A stretch of DNA of 63,999 nucleotides, the filler included, from Octopus bimaculoides (taxonomy: Eukaryota), in NCBI RefSeq assembly GCF_001194135.2. It is 8 parts of 8 records of this genome, joined end to end, with 100 filler letters (N's around TTAATTAATTAA, not from the genome) between each part and the next. Parts side by side here need not be neighbours in the genome. Positions count along the whole stretch, not along the records: positions 62,996 to 63,999 come from NW_026416084.1; 7 more parts are not named here. One strand, given 5' to 3'. A program made the position numbers and the translations under genes. Numbering within the stretch: position 1 is the stretch's first letter; the number at the start of each line of letters is the position of its first letter. Below the pieces are notes generated by a model. That model saw only the letters and a list, made by a program, of their open reading frames with translations. It ran no database searches and was not told the DNA's origin. This document shows, piece after piece, positions 62,896-63,999 of this stretch.

Positions 62896-62995
62896 NNNNN
62901 NNNNNNNNNNNNNNNNNNNNNNNNNNNNNNNNNNNNNNNTTAATTAATTAANNNNNNNNNNNNNNNNNNNNNNNNNNNNNNNNNNNNNNNNNNNN

Positions 62996-63250
62996 CAATC
63001 AAGAGTTTTGAAGGCACATCTGGTGTATAAGAGAATTTGACATCGGTGCCTTAAACTGCGTCTCATTTCGAGCCATTGGTTCGTCTGGTATCGTGGAGAG
63101 GAAAGCGTCGAGTTTTGTCTTGAAGACCTCCATATCCATGTCTTGCAGGTCTCTCAAATGTTTTGGCAGGGCATTGAAGAGCTGAGGTCCTCTGAAACCG
63201 AGGCTGCTGCAGTATCTCTTACTTATGTGAGATGCAGTGGACGGCACCTT
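62996..63250 (-). mobile_element. CR1-group LINE ORF2 C-terminus
   Basis: SLGFRGPQLFNALPKHLR..FKTKLDAFLSTIPDEP..SNSL is the typical CR1/L2-group C-terminal motif (RxxxxWNxLP..FKxxLD). Confidence 0.75.
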
Positions 63251-63403
63251 TATATATAAATATATACATATAAATACATATAAATAAATACATATATATA
63301 AATAAATACATATATATAAATAAATATATATATATATATATAAAATATATATAAATGAATATATATATAATTAAATATATATATATATAATTAAATATAT
63401 AAT

Positions 63404-63999
63404 GTGGATCATGGTGTGATATGCCACAAACTGCGTGATCTTGGCATAGCTGGAAAACTTGGAGAGTGGTTACATGACTTTCTGAAAGATAGAAGTCAGT
63501 CAGTAGTGGCTAATATAGCCACCTCTATGAAAACACAAATAATGAGCGGTGTTCTACAGGGCACTGTCTTGGGACCTTTGCTTTTTATTATCGCTCTCTC
63601 AGAGATGCCTGCAAGTGCCCGGATAGCGACTCTTGCAAGCTACGCAGACGATACGAAAGTCTCGCAGAAAATACAGAACTCCAGTGATGTTGCACACCTG
63701 CAGCAGGAGTTGGACTCAGTTTACAGATGGGCTGAGGATAATAATATGCAGTTTAATGCTGAAAAGTTCCAAGCCCTGCGCTACCAACGTCCAAAACTCA
63801 ATATTAAAATTACAGAGTACACTGGTCCGCAGGGAATTTCAATCACAGAGCCTAAATCAGTGAGAGACCTGGGTATCGACATGAGTGATGATACCTCTTG
63901 CCAAGTACACATTACTAGGATGGAGACAAAGTGCAGGCGACTGGCTGGCTGGATCCTGAGATCATTCAGAACCAGAGATAAGGAAACCATGATGATCCT
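63404..63999 (+). mobile_element. CR1-group reverse transcriptase domain, open to the window edge
   Basis: VDHGVICHKL..WLHDFLKDRSQSV..SGVLQGTVLGPLLFII..YADDTKV..LQQELD..WAEDNNMQFNAEKF..RDLGI; about 198 codons with no stop. Confidence 0.92.

Noticed and set aside
14200-62951. Recurrent TTAATTAATTAA 12-mer
   Set aside because: Always centred in a 100-nt gap (44 N each side); it is an assembly spacer, not a biological motif.

Overview
Repeat-rich, gap-ridden metazoan DNA. The SINE families, dense (TA)n/(TG)n/(TACA)n microsatellites and clustered effector-less C2H2 zinc-finger genes point to an octopus (coleoid cephalopod) assembly; this is inference. Two intact, convergent C2H2-ZNF genes are present: 20786-22399 (+, 17 fingers) and 28881-29996 (-, 13 fingers). 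The rest is transposon debris: Helitron Rep/PIF1 fragments; Tc1, mariner, maT, pogo and hAT remnants; a near full-length Chapaev3-like element with TTA TSDs; Penelope-like elements; RTE, CR1 and two RLE-type (R4/Dong-like) LINE families; at least five SINE-like families; and several fold-back elements. The most interesting signals are: (i) inverted SINE pairs just downstream of both ZNF stop codons (candidate dsRNA/ADAR substrates); (ii) three minimal type-I hammerhead-like motifs; (iii) two RLE LINE families each sitting in a different microsatellite, (TAA)n versus (TACA)n; (iv) a 295-bp hairpin next to promoter-like motifs; (v) a 127-bp tandem array amplified from a dispersed repeat; (vi) a CR1 arrangement matching twin-priming geometry. 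All alignments were done by eye, so identities are approximate and repeat boundaries are +/- about 10-20 bp unless stated.
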